NCBI GenBank assembly: GCA_036172245.1
Contig: JAYWIR010000078.1
Coordinates: 248,001 to 312,000, forward strand
Origin: Raillietiella orientalis
Lineage: Eukaryota
Direction: 5' to 3'
DNA: 64,000 nt
Every line of letters begins with the position of its first letter. Within the stretch, counting starts at the first letter, position 1. Both the position numbers and the translations under genes were made by a program. This document shows positions 63,634-64,000 of this stretch, piece by piece. A model generated the notes under the pieces. The model ran no database searches and was not told the DNA's origin. It saw only the letters and a program-made list of their open reading frames with translations.

Positions 63634-63803
63634 TTGCCACGTTCCTTATAACTACGAGAAGGAATCTGTTGGAAACTGGCTTGCAGGCCAGCGGGGTTGA
63701 CTCAGCAGCACAAAGAAAGGGGAGACAAACAAACAGAAAAAATTAAATAAAAAACATGCAGTCAAAAAATGGAAAGGAAGGGGGGTTTAGGAAGGGATCA
63801 CTG
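63634..63803 (-). repeat. 170-bp near-identical copy of the LINE 3'UTR at 61040-61209
   Basis: 4 mismatches by hand count; flanked by ACATC on both sides. Confidence 0.85.
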
Positions 63804-64000
63804 ACATCCATCTGTGTCACCCAGTCGTTCCAGTGATTCGAATCAACAGATTTTGGTTTTCCATACGAGTGCGTTGGTTCCATTTTGATGAGGTCATCAT
63901 GGTGCCATGTCACAAAGTTGACGTATAGCTCTGAACTCCAGAAAAGTCGCCGAACCTCGTTGTGTGCCAAAATTCCATCTAGCATAGGTGCATCTAGAGT

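Noticed and set aside
63100..64000. LINE endonuclease relic on the minus strand
   Set aside because: Only faint motifs (FLEF, PTHSYG); insufficient support.

Overview
Repeat-rich eukaryotic (animal, most likely arthropod) genomic DNA. One clear host gene lies on the + strand: a radish-like Rap GTPase-activating protein gene. Four phase-compatible coding exons are visible (36758-38342, 54334-54609, 58822-59068, 62506-62670), and the RapGAP domain continues past the window end. The rest is mostly decayed mobile DNA: many GC-rich L1/Tx1 ORF1-like relics, a MITE, and hAT- and Jockey-like scraps. Three heavily degraded NACHT-like (NLR/STAND) loci lie on the - strand. The most notable structure is a ~670 bp tRNA-derived SINE found once intact (43953-44640) and twice interrupted. 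In both interrupted copies an antisense, 5'-truncated L1/Tx1-clade LINE sits at the same site (GCACTGGT^), which suggests a LINE that targets a SINE sequence-specifically. Other points of interest: a LIM domain split by ~500 aa, inverted TE copies flanking the frame-symmetric LIM exon, a 170 bp locally templated insertion, and several short fold-back hairpins. All family assignments are by-eye motif recognition and need HMM/BLAST confirmation.
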